A stretch of 64,000 bases of DNA from Chrysomallon squamiferum. Taxonomy: Eukaryota; Animalia; Mollusca. Where the stretch lies: assembly GCA_012295275.1 (NCBI GenBank), contig CM022669.1:19034001-19098000 (forward strand), read 5' to 3'. A program made the position numbers and the translations under genes. The notes below the pieces were generated by a model. It searched no databases. It saw nothing but the letters and a program-made list of their open reading frames with translations, and was not told the DNA's origin. Below, piece after piece: positions 45,908 to 60,800 of this stretch (positions are counted from its first letter, which is position 1; each line of letters begins with the position of its first letter).

Positions 45908-46687
45908 CCTAAACCCAAGACTATGAACCAATAAATTCTTCCTTTGCGGTTTCCTCCTCCCATTTCAGAGCATCATTTATAAATATTAATAACCTTATGA
46001 CGATGTAATAATATTGGTAAAGATCGATAACACATTAAAGCACAGTTGCAATAGTCTTTTCATTGTTTGGAGCTTTATTTGATCAATTTTTTAATTTATC
46101 TATTTATTTTTATTATTATCTGTTTTAGTAGCTCTATCCAGACATCGCTTTAGTATCTTTTGCCTAAATCTCAGGTTAATGACATTAATGTCAATAATTA
46201 TCATACCATAATTATAAAACGGTGAACAATGTTGATGTTGTTGAATGTCTGAAACATTAAACATAACAATTACATTTGATATATAAAAATTATTAAAAAA
46301 AAAAGAGATTAAAAAAAAAAAAATAAAAAATAAAAATAAAAAGTTTTTCTTTAAATCAAAATCCACCATGTGGTTTGGTGTCTTATTTTTTAAACATATT
46401 ATAAAGTTTAATTTATTTTTATGTTTTTTTATTTATTTAATTATTATTATAATTATTCTTTTCCTTTTTGTTAAATAAAGAGGATGACAGCCATTTGTAC
46501 AAATTTTAGTAATGATAACAAAACAATACAAATCAAAATGAAATCATATACTAGCAAAGTTATCTAACTTATATTCTTGAATATTTACCTTCCATTAAAA
46601 TAAATCAGCACAAAACTTTTAATTCAAAATATTTATTTACAATAGATACATCACATTAATGAACCAGCATCAATAAATACAACAACA

Positions 46688-46744
<57 letters not shown>

Positions 46745-47779
46745 TTGACGAAACTTAATATTGGAAAGACATTGATTCGTTTATCGAGTCAAAACAGTGC
46801 TGCCATTACCTGGTGGCAACTTTGTGAAAATAACCCATTCATGCCCATAACCATATACATATACATGATATATAATCTTTGATAATATTTAAACATTTGC
46901 TCTGTATAACTATATTACAAAGCAAATAGTGTGATAGATTAATAGAGCATTCTTATAACGGAATACGTGATCAACTGTCAGCATTTGTATGCCCACTGAA
47001 CAAAATCAAATACACTCTACAGCTCAGTATTAAAAAATAGCTTATTTTATGCATTACACATTGGTATATTTTTAACTTAAATCAGAAGCCATTGTTTTAT
47101 CATATTATAAAATAATTGGGTAGTCACATTATGAGAAAAATGTTAAGAGCAAAGGCAGTAATGGACAATATAAATTTTGTATTTTTATCTCTTTTTCGAT
47201 AAAATAATGAAACATTTAAGATATAGTATTTTTTAATTTACATACTTCGACACCATTTAAAAATAATTTTTTTTTTTTTTTTTTAAATAAAATAATAATA
47301 AGCAGGCAAGTATCTAACTTTTTCTCTTTTTTTTTAAATGTGAAATTGTACAGTGTAAGCTATTTGTACTAAATAAAAGACAGTTTCAACTTTTGAGAAA
47401 ACAACTCATTTGAATGCTTGTAATTATTAATGGGGCAATAATAATAATATAAAAAAATAGTAATAATAAAATTTCTTTTTAAAAAAAAAAAAAATTTAAA
47501 AAAAAATCAAATAAGAAAGAAGTAAATGACAAAAAAAAAAAAAAATAAAAAAAAAATAAATATAAACAACAGATATTTAAATACAACTTAAACTGTATAA
47601 CTATATTACAAAGCAGATAGTGTGAAAGATTAATAGAGCATTCTTAGTGAAAGAACATTTTATGTATACAAACATCAGAAATGCAACCAGGCACAAAACC
47701 CAAGTATTATAGGACGGGAAGATGATCAGCATTATACCTCTTTGAAAATGTTTCATCTTTTATATATATATATATATAC

Positions 47780-47811
<32 letters not shown>

Positions 47812-50607
47812 GGCTTGATTTTTTCTGTCCTTATGCTTAGCAACAATCGGTTAACTTGGAAGGCTACTACTTCAAAATAATAAAAGTTATTTAAATTTAT
47901 TTACGATTATAATATTATCAAGCTCACTCACTACCCATCTACTATTTTGATTCTGTGACAAAATGAATGGCAATATCAACTAGCTTAGAACAGAATTCTT
48001 ATAAAATTATGTGACTGTTATTCACGATGGGCGTTACTGAACAGTTTCTATTGTGGAAGAACACTTAAAATGACCTATTTATTAAGTAAATAATTTTTTG
48101 TTGAACTAGACACGCTTAAAGTTACCCACACCTGAACTGGTTTATGCGTTATAGTGCATTAATTGCCTTATACTGAACAGCAATGGCCGAATATGTTAGT
48201 CCATTTTAAGACCTACATATTTTTAAAACTGTTAATAATACAATCATCGACTGTTTAATGTTTATCATAGATTTATATAATGATTTATATAAGAGACAGT
48301 GATACAAATTTTAAGTACATCAAATAAAAACAAACCACTGAATAATGTGGATTGACATATTTTAGTTTGGTTACATAACATTATATAAAGCACAAACAAA
48401 CAGTAAAAATAATTCATAAAAATAAAGTTATACATATATTCAGTATGTCCAATACATAGGTGATAATTTTGTAATCTTGCTATGGTCCAGTTCTTCTTTT
48501 ACTGGTTTTACATTATTTATTTATTTTTAAAATGTTTGCATCTGTTAAAATAATATTTTTATTTTTTTTTTTTTTTTTTTTTAAATTTATATCATGTAAA
48601 ATTTATATCATGTAAGGTATGCAGCATATTTAAATTTAGAATGCAAACAAATTCATTAAATAATTGAAGTAATCTGAAGATTGAATATACCAAAACTAAT
48701 ACTACCCAACTAACTGACTGCACACACATTCTTTATGTCTTCTCAGTTATACTCATTATTTTTCATTAGCTTAAACATATGGTGTAAGTTATGAAGCACA
48801 AGGCATTTTCTACAAACTGCTAACACCAAAATAACATTATCAAATTAATTTGGTTATAAAAATTAAAGCAATTTTATTGTAAATTATAATTATTGAGTAA
48901 ATAATGTTTTCTATTAAAAAAAACTTTAAAGTGTATCATTGGCTGGATGTGCACAAAGAGTCCAAATACATTCTACAAGTTTCCAAGTAATTGTTTTAAT
49001 TATTTCTGAAATAAATCCTTTTCCACATTAATATGAATGGAAACATTAAAACAAATAATAAATAATAATAACAAAATAAAAACAGCAACTTTAGAACAAT
49101 TTACTCAAACTATCAATTTTTCCAATTAATTAATTTATGATTTAATTTTTTTAATACTTTTCTTTGTATTAAATTTCATGATAAAAAGGAAAATGATATT
49201 GCAAATTTGTTCTAAAACTTTACTATTATAAAAGATTGTCCCATTTCTCCATTCAAAATTTTTTTAATTTGTTAAGAAGTGGTCATCATTAATAACATTA
49301 ACTAAAATATTTCTGCAGACTACTCTTTTGTAATGCTTTCAAACTGTTTTTAAATAAAAGTGAGAAATTATTTTTTAGCAGCAATCACATTCATTTCTTT
49401 CAAAAAATATTTAGGTTTGTTAATTTGATACGTTAAGATAAATAAAATAAAAAAACATACACACACAAAAAACAGCTATCATACAATTCTGGTGACTAGT
49501 TTTATTTTGATAGTTGTTAATATTTGTTTTGATATTAAAAATAGTTCAAAATATATTTGTAATCTAAAATTCCTCCACCACATACTCCTAAACAAGATTG
49601 TCCCAAATGAAAGCTAAAATAATACATTTAAATCACAGATGACAAATGTGAGAGTATGTTATTTGTATTAAATATGATGGTGACTGACTTTAATTTATTT
49701 TGATATTTATATTCAGGACAAGAAATCAATGTTTTCAAGGATCTAATTCTAATCATTTTTCTACCTTAAATATCTTTGTTTACATCTTTCTAGGATGATA
49801 ATATTAAAGGATCATTTAATAAATGCTTAATTAAATTTATTATATGAAAATATATACTTAAGGAAGTGTAAGTCAAAAACAAAAGAAAAGGAGGGCGACA
49901 CTGAAATAGTTTAAGAAGCACAGTACTGAGGTTTGCATGGATGTCACACATACATCACAAATATGAATAATCACAATTTTTAAATGAGACAGGATACACA
50001 TACATATTTACTTTTCATTAATAACTTAATTACACATATAGGACATTGTTATTTAAATTCACCAGTGTTACATATTTCATCTATGTGTGACTTTTCATAT
50101 TTTAAATAATTTTTAATATAAAATTTATGATGAAAATGCATCAGTTAAATTACAGTAAATGTTAAATAATGCCCACATTTCTATTTATATGCCATGAACT
50201 ACTTTATTTTCATTTTCATAAAAAACAAATTATAATAAAAAAAAGTACTATATTCTAAAATGAAAATCAAAATACATATATATGTATGTGGATTATATAC
50301 CTTTGAATGTTAAAATTAATAATATGTGTGTGTGTGTGTGTGAATAAAAATAACAGTTAGTTTGTAATTATATTTCAAAGATATTTTTTTTTGTTTTGAA
50401 CATATTTATTTCATTGACGTAGAACTTAAAAATAATTAATTATAATTTTTGCGAATTAAAACCCCAGAAAAAAACCCAACAAAAAACCAAGAAAGAAAGA
50501 AACCACGAGAAAAAAAAAAAAAAGTAGGGAGGGGAGAAAATGGTATTCAGTTTATTAGTAATATCATGTATACACGCAATTTAATACAGACTACAGTTAA
50601 TAAAACA

Positions 50608-51840
50608 TCAAGATTTCCTGAAAAACCATATGTAGATTAAATACGACGCTGGAATGAGTAATGCAACAATAAACATAATTAGAACAACACTCCACCACCG
50701 TATTCCATAATCAGCACCATTCAAATGCCGTGGTTTTTGTGACTGCAGTGGCTGAATGCTTTTGTTTGTCAATACAGATATCACTTCACTGAGAGAACCT
50801 CTCTCCGTTCGTGATGGTTCTATAATTTTCGAAAGATCTTTGTCCATTTTGCGGAGGAATTCCTCAGCTTCCTTGGTCTGGGTGCGTAAGTTTTCTTGAA
50901 TGCTAATGGTTCGTATAACTTTATGCTGTGTTTCTGGGTCACTTAAATCTTGTAGAGAGTCAGAGTCATAGTCACGATGTAAAGGTCTTTCTTCTTCGAC
51001 TTCTTCAATTGTGCCATTTCGTTGCTGAAGAGATTTATCGAGGTCTGCATTGCGTTTCTCCTGTGCTATGATTTCAGTCATAAGCCCATATCGCTTGACT
51101 GGTACTTTAATAAATTTCAGTGCATAAAAATCTTGATCCCGAATCAATTTATTGATTCGTTTAATCTCAGCAACCTGAAAGATAAATTATTAATTCTTTT
51201 TATGAATAAAAGTGCATGTACAGTATCATTTCTATACATTTAAAATATATATATATATTTGATTTATTTAATCTTATCATCCGAAAAAAACGAAAAAAAA
51301 CCCTGTAGCATATAAACATGTACACATATCATTATCAATGTTATCAGTAAGCAGATCACCAATACTGTATACATTAACATGTACTCAAAATGGTCAGTTA
51401 GTCGTCAATTTTATTTTTTAGTTGCAAGCTGCTATCTACACATTTCAATTGTACAAATTTTATTTATTTATTCACATTATTATAATTATTATTTTATCAG
51501 TGAAATAGGTTTATTATTTTTTGCTATAAAAAAAATAATAAAAAAATATTACCGGACATGCATAATGGAGCGCCAAGCTCTGAAGTGTATCGTCTTTGGT
51601 CAACTGTTTCTCAAAGTAAACTGGTTCATTTGTTTCACCTGGTTTATTTTTCACCTGTCCGGCTTTTCGCGATCGAAAATCGGACATTTCGATTTCAATA
51701 TCGTCCTCCTCAACAATGTCATCTTGTCCAAATACGTACACACGGGCTGATTTGACGTTTTGAACTTGGTATTGCCCTCGGTTTTTATCATCTCGTGTTT
51801 TTGTGTTCCACGATTTCCCGCGAATATAACCTGAACTCAT
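50608..51840 (-). CDS. LYSMD3: LysM and transmembrane domain protein (LYSMD3/4-like), 284 aa, 2 exons
   Basis: Exons 51840-51553 and 51174-50608. ARVYVFG motif; LysM DDTLQSLALHYACP|VAEIKRINKLIRDQDFYALKFIKVPV; FLRKMDKDL; GADYGIRWW followed by a C-terminal TM helix. Confidence 0.93.
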
Positions 51841-53282
51841 AACATCAGTTTAACTTTGTCTGTGCAGGCAGACATTGATAAGAAAAGACTACCGGGTTAC
51901 ATCCTATACACTACTTTAATGACATAAAACAAACACTGGCTCAAGAAAGTTATAAACAGGAACTACATGGCAAACAGGAAACGGAAATTAGCGCGTGCTA
52001 GCTACCACGTTGCAAGGGCAATTACTCTAATGTCTTTATTTAATTTGGTCTCACAATATAAATCTATAATTTTATTTGCTATACATTTTTGGTTTCTCAA
52101 GATCTCTTCTAATTTTAAAATTTTATTACTGAAATTTCAATGAATAAGAATTTTAAATTCTTTATGTTAAAATTGAAAAATATATTCCTACTGATATACT
52201 TTAGAATCAAGACCTGGATGCATGAAGTTGGTACCCATGTCACAGCCTATTATTTTTGACAATAAGGATTTTATGACGAGTTATGGGTTATTATAAACAT
52301 TGAAGATATGATATTTACTATTTTGTTCATTTCACTTTAGATATATTAATATTATGTATGTTTGAGAATGACATCCTCATTATATATCCTGACAAAAACA
52401 TTATTTGTATCTTTTATTTAAATTTCAGGAGCATCTAGTTTCTGTTTCTTCACCATTTTTGTTAAGAATGCAATAGTCATAGTGGTAAACAGATGACATT
52501 AGTAAAACCATTACATTATATAGGACAGTAATCTGGTTTGTTGGATTCTTGTCCTCAGGCAAAACATTTGTTTGCATTCTTTATTCAACATCAGTGTCAC
52601 ATTGAAGGTAATGATTGTTTTAAAATATAGTTGTTTATCGGGTATTGTGACACCCAAAACACCCCTGAAAGTATCAAAAATGTGGTTTACTTGGATCTTG
52701 TCTGAAAGTAGCAGATATTAGAGTTCTTATTATTAACTGATAAAAAATAAACAATATCAATAATAACCCTCAAAAAACTTCCTACAAGAAAAACAAATGC
52801 TGTTAAAACAAGACAATATCCTGTTTGATTTCCCGTTTCTAAAGTCATTTTAAGTCAATGATAATTCTAATTTTGTTGTAATGTTTAACATCACTGAAAA
52901 ACAGTCATGTAGAATAAACATTTTATTGAACTATAACAATTAATGAAATAACAACAAAAAAAATAATAACAAAATGAAAACAAAAAAATGTCTCCATAAT
53001 TTTTCTTAATGTTAAAAGTTAGGCTAACAATTCTTGTAGCTTATTTTAGAGTCCTTTTATCTCCTGTATTCTTCTTGTTTTTTCCTTTCTGTTTTTCTTT
53101 TTCTTGAAATACATTTACTTTTTCTTTTAAACCATTTCACTTCTCATTAAATTCTCTCTTTGACAAACTCTGTCTTTTTCACCAGGTTTTTTTTTGTTGT
53201 TTTTTTAACACTGGATTTTTTAAACCACTGTCTTTTCATGGTTCAATATTCAATCTACCGTGCATTAACTGACATGATGTTT

Positions 53283-54546
53283 TCAGTAAATTGGCCCTTC
53301 ATCAACATCTTCGTCATCATCGCCATAGCCTTCTCCATTGTCAAAATAGTTCAGATTGTAGTCAGTTTCCTGTAATGAAAAACAAAATATTTAAAGGAAT
53401 AATTATTATGAAAAATTAAATTTCAATAAACGAAAAGAAAATTCTAACTGATGCCTAAGGAATTAAGACATCCAATTTAATGTTTTACAATTTAAATCTG
53501 CAAAATTGAATTTATGAATTACTATTATTGTTGTTGTTTTTGAAGGCAACTGGCATCCTCAATAAGGCAAAATAGTTGGTGTTACAGGACAGCAATATCT
53601 AGGGCGCTCCATAACAGAGTAATGAAGATCTTGAATTAGTTTGATACAAAAATGCTTATCTATGATGCTAATTATAGTTTATTTTGGCTTTGATTTTTAT
53701 TATTAAATATATTTATAATATTTACCTCTTCAAGGTCATCATCATCAAAAACCTCTTCTTCTTCCTCTTCCTTTTTCTCTTCATCTTCTTCAGTTTCTTC
53801 AGTTGCTTTCTTCTCATCTTCTTCAACATCTTTTTTCTCCAGAATCTTTTAAAAATTTAATTAAACATTCTGTGCAAATATATGGATTTAACATTCCAAG
53901 AAAACAGGAGAATAATGAATTGTGTGAGTCTTAAATGCTGGCAATGCATTAATTAATCTAACATACATACAATGATAGTAATAGTAATAATAATTTAAAA
54001 AAATAATAACTAAGATAGTTTTTAATAATTCATCAAAAAGGAAAATCACAGTCTGTTCTGTGTTTAATAATTTTTGTTATATGCTACAGTCTGCTAAGAA
54101 AAAGTGAAGAATATATTGAAAGATGAAAGTAATTTACTTTCTGTACAGGTTTGAATATTTTACCTCCAGTGTTTTCAAAACATCAACGCTGTCCATTTCT
54201 TTTGATTTTACGATGGGTTTCGGTTTTCTGATTTTCTTTTCCCAAATTCTAAGCTCTCTAGGTAGTCTTGTCCAGTCTGGAAAATTAATGCAACAAATAA
54301 ACACACCATTAACCTTTTGTTCTTATCTTACATGGAAAGTCATATAAAAGATACTTTAATGCAAACTGATATGTAGATATTGAAATAGAAATAGATATAG
54401 ATATAGATATAGATATACATACATATATTTATGGTTTTAAAAGATTGATTCAGACTTTTATAATCATTGTAATGACTCACCTGGTTTCCAATTCTTTTGT
54501 TCTTACTTTACATGGAAAGTCATATAAAAGATACTTTAATGCAAAT

Positions 54547-54582
<36 letters not shown>

Positions 54583-55521
54583 ATTTGCATTAAAGTACAT
54601 ACATATAGGTTATTTTTATTGTTTTAAAAGATTGATTCAGACTTTTATAATCATTGTAATGACTGACCTGGTTTCTAATTCTCGTTAGTATGATTTTGAC
54701 ATAGCTGACATTTGCTGGAGTAATGATTTATGTCGTTCTTCTTTTCTGACTTAGTTGCTTTTAGGTTTTTAAAAGATTTATTCAGACTTTTATAATCATT
54801 GTAAAGATTCACCTGGTTTCCAGTTTTCAGTGCCATCATTCTGACCTAGCTGGTACTTGTCGGAGTAACGGTCAATGTCTTTTTTCTTTTCCGATGGATT
54901 GAGGTAGTAAGGCGATTTACGAGAAGCTCCACGAAACTCCTGTTTCAGAGCCAGCATGTAATCTGTGTCATCACTTTGTATTAGATCAACTGGCTTGTAC
55001 TCTTGTTGCTAAAATTAGAAAATTAACTTCATACCTACAGCTCAATTTTCGAACAAAATCGTTTTGGCGTTGACAATACATTTTGTTCATACAATGAGTG
55101 GCCCACAGTTAACCCCAGTTGCTTTAGAGAATAACTGAAAATATGCTGAGTTATTGATATCTTTATTTTGATAGTTCAATAAGCTGTTCAGAAAAATAAA
55201 ATGCTAATAATATACATCACCTGATTTCTTGAACTGCTGCGAGACTTATGTTTATTTTGAAGCCATTGATATCAGGGAATCAAATATATGGGGGAGGGAG
55301 AAGTTAGGGATATTTTTTTAATAATATTGTAATATTTTTGTTTACAATGTTATCAAAGGACAAGCAGTTTTTAAACTTAAAGAGGTTGGAATGGACAAAC
55401 TCACTGGAAATAACGGAGGTGGCTGCTGCACTGATGAAGGAATTGCTTCTCCTCTCCCGAAACCAAGAGCCTCAATGTTAAAGGAGATGCCCCGCCCACG
55501 TCCTCTGCCTCGCCCTGCCAT
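53283..55521 (-). CDS. POLR3G: RNA polymerase III subunit RPC7 (POLR3G/POLR3GL family), 210 aa, 5 coding exons
   Basis: Exons 55521-55405, 55008-54813, 54276-54164, 53845-53726 and 53369-53283. Motifs: MAGRGRGRG.SFNIEALG..QPPPLFP, YMLALKQEFR, DIDRYSDKY, WKPDWTRLPREL, and an acidic tail ETDYNLNYFDNGE..EGPIY. Confidence 0.95.
54315..54812 (-). repeat. Local tandem duplications in a POLR3G intron, including copies of the exon-2 3' end and donor
   Basis: aaaagatt.attcagacttttataatcattgtaa.ga.t.acctggtttc occurs three times (about 54440, 54627 and 54772). tacatggaaagtcatataaaagatactttaatgcaaa occurs twice. Confidence 0.9.
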
Positions 55522-57259
55522 TTTTCAAGTCTGTTTTTGTCTTAGTTTAGTCATTTGTAATTTCTGAAAAAAAAAAAAAAAAATCAAATCAAATCATGAG
55601 GTAGGTGTCTGTGTATTAAAAAAAAAAAAATTAAATATTAAAATCCCACTTTTTATATATGTTATATAAAGAAAAAAAAAAAAAGAAAAAAGAAAAATAA
55701 TTAAAAAATGTTTGGTTATCAAAATGATTTATTACAAATATCAAAAATTAATAAATATTCTGAAACACTAAATATGTTGGAATTTTAGAATCACCAAAAT
55801 TTCATGGCCAGCCAAGCAAATAATGTATCTCTTTAATTATTACTCACTGAGTGTTTTATGAATAAAATAAACATGTTTGTGTACACATTTCATTTTCTGT
55901 TGTCAAATGCCAGATATGATAATCTTTGAACTTCTTGCAAAAGAAAGTATATAAATAAGATAATAACAATAACATCAATAACAAATTTAAGTAATAATAG
56001 TAAATGGTTTTCTTTCCTTTTTTTTCTTTTTTCTGCTTTTTTTTTCTGGGGTTTTAAAGTAAATAACTTTAACAAATGTAATAATAAATGAAGTAAAATA
56101 AAATAATATAACAATAAAATAAAATAAACGCAACAAACAAAAGAAGGAAGAAAAACTAAATTTAAAATTAAAAAGAAATAAAGAATATTAAATGCAATCA
56201 AAAACTTAAATATTATGTTATTTAATAGCTTTTTTACACCTTAATCAAAATGTCATAAGATATATAATTTAAATGACCTTAAAGTTTGAACCTGTATTAA
56301 TGATAATTCATTACACCTGAAATGAAGTACAGAAATATAATACTGTATATCAGTTTTACTTCAAATGACAAAGTTCAATGCATCTTGTTGCAAGGTCATA
56401 CATTTTGACCTTCACACCTACATTGTTTTCTGAAGTGATTTATTTCTAAATGTAACCCTTAACAAGACAAAGCTCTCAAAATATAACGTGATAATAAAGT
56501 CAACTTATCACCTGAACATCATACAAGCATTAACACATTATTAAACTTAACAGCTGAAAAAATATTATGTGTAACTTCCCATGTCATAAAAACTGTCAAA
56601 AACCAAGTAATTACTTTACTTAACTACACACACACAAACACACATATATATTCATACACATATACATACATATAGATATACATTTATACATACATATGAT
56701 ATGCATATACATATACATTTATACATACAAACCATACATACAAATTATTTAACCAGTGGAAATGTTCAATGGATATTTTAAATATTGTTAAGTTACATAA
56801 ATTTATATATAATCGTGATATTCAGAACTACGGAATTAATGGATACTTATAAGTTACATTATAACATTCATATATGTATATGATTTTCTATTTGGAATAC
56901 TATAATTATACTGATAGTGATACAGTATATAATTATATTAGTTACATGAATTATGAAACATGAAAATATGAATATTAGATATTATATCTAGCTCTCAAAA
57001 TATCAGTACAGTTGTCGAATTATTCCAGAATGAAAACAAATCTAACAAGAACTGTATTACGATAATTTATTTATATTATAATTTATATTTAGTTTTTTAT
57101 TAGTTTTAATGCTGTTCTATGTAAATACTAAAATTATAAAAATAGCATGTATTAATGGTCAAGAATGATATGTTCAATTAACAGGTTTTCAAACAATGTG
57201 GTTACTTCGAATTTCCCTTAGCGATTGGTGTGAGCTGAATACTAACAACAGATAAGCTT

Positions 57260-57872
57260 CTTACCAATTAAATAAATAGTCTTTAAAACAAAATAAATCT
57301 ACGGGAAATTCTTTCTACGGAAGCGGCCATTTTGAAAGGGAGAAATAATTGGTGATATAAATAAATACAAAATAATTAAATAAAATGATTTTAATAACTG
57401 TACTATTTTTTTAATTATATCATTTATAAAATTTTATATTTACCTGAATATGTTACTTTTGTGCATTCAACACTACCAATATTTATTTTGCTTTGATTAA
57501 TTTATTAACTCATCAAACTGATTTCTCAACGTATGTGTATAATTCGACCTTGACATTGTTAACCAAAACATAACATGGTTGCATGATCTGGATCGAATAC
57601 CTGTTTGTGTTCATTTAAAATAGTTATTTCTGCTTCCTGAAGCTAAATAGTTACACAGTTTAAGTTGTTTTACTCAGCTATGGTATGAATTAGATAATAG
57701 AAGAACTACGACTTCAGTATAACACGGAATTAAAAAAAAAAATCTAAGCAGTAAAAACCGAGTTCTTGGGACAAAATTAGGTCGACGTTTTTTGATCAAC
57801 TGTAAACAACTTATTTGTATGGATTTGTAATTCCTGCTTTTATTCTTGACTAAGTGACAAGTAACGAACACG
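57260..57872. promoter_or_regulatory. Probable bidirectional promoter between the POLR3G non-coding first exon and CLPX
   Basis: YY1-type GCGGCCATTTT at 57323-57333, a minus-strand donor (G|GTAAG) at 57260-57265, the CLPX ATG at 57873, and local CpG retention. Confidence 0.55.
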
Positions 57873-60800
57873 ATGTCAAGTGCAGCAAGATGTGGAAGAG
57901 TTGTACTCCGTCACTTCGGATCAAGAAGTACGGGTATGTAGTTCTTAAACCAAATCTGTGACCGTCATTCTGTTGACATTTACTGATTTTAACAATAACA
58001 TGATGATTATTTTATGATCACTATTAATTTTTATTTAATAATATTAATTTAAATAAATTTGTCACATAAATAATAAAGATGATTCTATATATTAAATGTA
58101 TGTTGGTTATTAAGCTAATGGTAGTAACAGACAATATATAATTGAAAAGTATTGACTAACAGACTATATATTGCTATATTACTGTTATATATATATATTA
58201 TTATATATGTATTCAATAAATTGGATATTTCTAGTTCATATTTGGTGGTCACAAAATTAATTACCTAAAAGATAAATTTTATTTTTAAAATTCTGTCATT
58301 ACCTTTCTATTCTAAACATATAAACGGTATTTCTTTTTAATGCCAAACAAAAAAGAAGAAGAAAAGAACAAGGAAGAAAAATACTTTTAAGTTACTGAAC
58401 AGTTTATAAAAATTAGTTATTTAACAACTCAAAAGTATTATAACTGTGAAAAAAACTTCACTGACTGAAATATATTAATTTCCTTTTTAAGAAAAATTTG
58501 GAAGAAAGCAGTGGATTTTAAAATAAGGATAACTAACATACACAGAGAGATAAACACAAACATGTATACACATATAGATATTTATTTTAAAAATAAGTTT
58601 AAAAAAATCCAAGAAAAAAAATCAAGAAAATATTCATAATTATTAAGTAAACATTCAAAAAGAAAAAATAATCATAAATATTTAAAAACAACATTCAAAA
58701 AGAAAAAAATCATAAATATTTGAAAAAAAACATTCAAAAATAATGTTGTTAAAAATTCAAAAATAATTTCACTTTTAGCATTAATCTGTCCAAAAAATAT
58801 ATATTTTTAAATGAATATATTAACAACAATGCACATTTCTCATCTGAACAGCATTTGACCACTTGATGTTTATAATTTTGTTTCAAGGAGTGAAGGTCAG
58901 CTTGTCCTCAGACCAGTTGCATCACACCATTTCAGCAGGGTTTTTGGTCATTCTGTCACAACTTCTGTCAGTTTAGCCCAAGATAAATCTTAGTCTTCCT
59001 TTCTTTAATTTCCTTCATTATCTTGTAGTTTGATAAAGGTAGGAGTATTTTTTTATGAATAAATAATTTTCTTTCACATACGAGCAATTACTTAAAATAA
59101 TTTTAAATGTGGCTTGAATACAGTTAAATATTAATAAGTTCCTGTGATTACATGTTGGAAGTAAAGAGAAAATTATCAAATTTTAATTTTAATCATATTA
59201 TCTCTGGAAATATCCAAATAGTACATTTTTTTTCTATAGAATCCTATACCATTAAAATAAAATTAAGATAAATGAAAATAAAAAATAATCTGAACATAAA
59301 GAACAACAAAGTTTTGTGCAATAAACAAAAAAAAAACATCCTTAATAATATGAATTACAGATTAATTAACAGTACCAAATTTGACTCTGGTATTATTTTC
59401 ATTATCATTTACATATGATTTATTTTTCATAATTTTAGCAAATTTAACAAAGAATAAGGAAATGATAAAAATTCAATTAATTAAATAACACCATTAATAA
59501 TTTCAATGTAATTATAATTTTTTTTATAGAAATACTAATAACAATTGAGGAATTGGCTTTGTTTTATATAAATACTAAAAATAATATAGATGGATATAAG
59601 TGCTATGAAATCACTACATATGTTCAGAGTTTATTTTACACAGCAATTGTTGTAATATAGATAAAAGTTTGATTATTTACTGAAATCATCAGCCACCATT
59701 TTGTTTTGATATGTTTTATTATTAATCAGAAAATACTGTGTAGGTTTTAATTAGCTTTTGACACTGTTCATTTTATCATAATTTCTACTAAATAACTAAA
59801 TTAGTTTGAAATTTAGTAATTCAGTATCATAATACATTAATGACCGTGATGAGAAATGTGTATTGTTATTAATTTATTCACTTTTTAAAAATATTTTTTG
59901 GGACAGATTTATATGTTAAAATTAAAATTACTTTCGAATATTTATGATTTTTTTTTCTTTACTTTATTTTCTTGGATTTTATTTACTTATTTTTAAAATA
60001 AATCACTATGTGTTTACATTTAATTTCAGTTTGTGTGCATGTTTTTTGTTTGTTTGTGTTTATGTCTCTGTGTATATTAGTTATTCAAAATAAACTAAAC
60101 CAAAGAAAAATAATATATAAAAAAAATTCTTTTGTCATCTACATAAAATTTTATTTCAAGCAATAGTATACATTTTTTATATATATATATATATATATTT
60201 TTTTTTTATTCACATTTCACTGAACAAACTAATTTCCTTATCTTATAAGTACAGTACTTATTTCTGTAATACCAAAAGTAATATGTGGTAATATTAATCT
60301 CTTAATGTACTGTAATGATTAAATGAAATTTTGCATTATAACCTAAGTATATTTTTTTACAGCCATGCTATTATTTGATTTTTCTAAACATTTTAGTGCA
60401 TGAATAATTCAAAAGTTCAATAATTTTGTTGAATCATGTTGTCTTCAGTTGTGAATTCAGCCAACCATGTCATTTTATGACTTATACATAATGTATATTT
60501 TTAACACCAGACGTAAATATACTCTGTATCATTATAAATAGGTTACTAGTGTTTGTTGGTAGATTTTACATTTAAATTAACAACAGTCAGTCAAGCAGAC
60601 AGTCACGGTTAAGATTTATAAATAGCCCAAACGGCAAAAAAACCATTTTCCTTGATTTGCTCTGTAACCAATTTCAAATGACTGATTCATTATTTGTAAC
60701 TGTTACTAATAGGATTGTGACATTTTGATTACCTCAGATAAACTCAAAACAGAAATATACAGAATATATTTAAGATAATTTCATATAATCAAAGATAAAT

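Noticed and set aside
53045-53240. Lys-rich small ORF in the POLR3G 3'UTR (MKRQWFKK...)
   Set aside because: Only 30 codons before TAA TGA, and explained by A-rich UTR composition.
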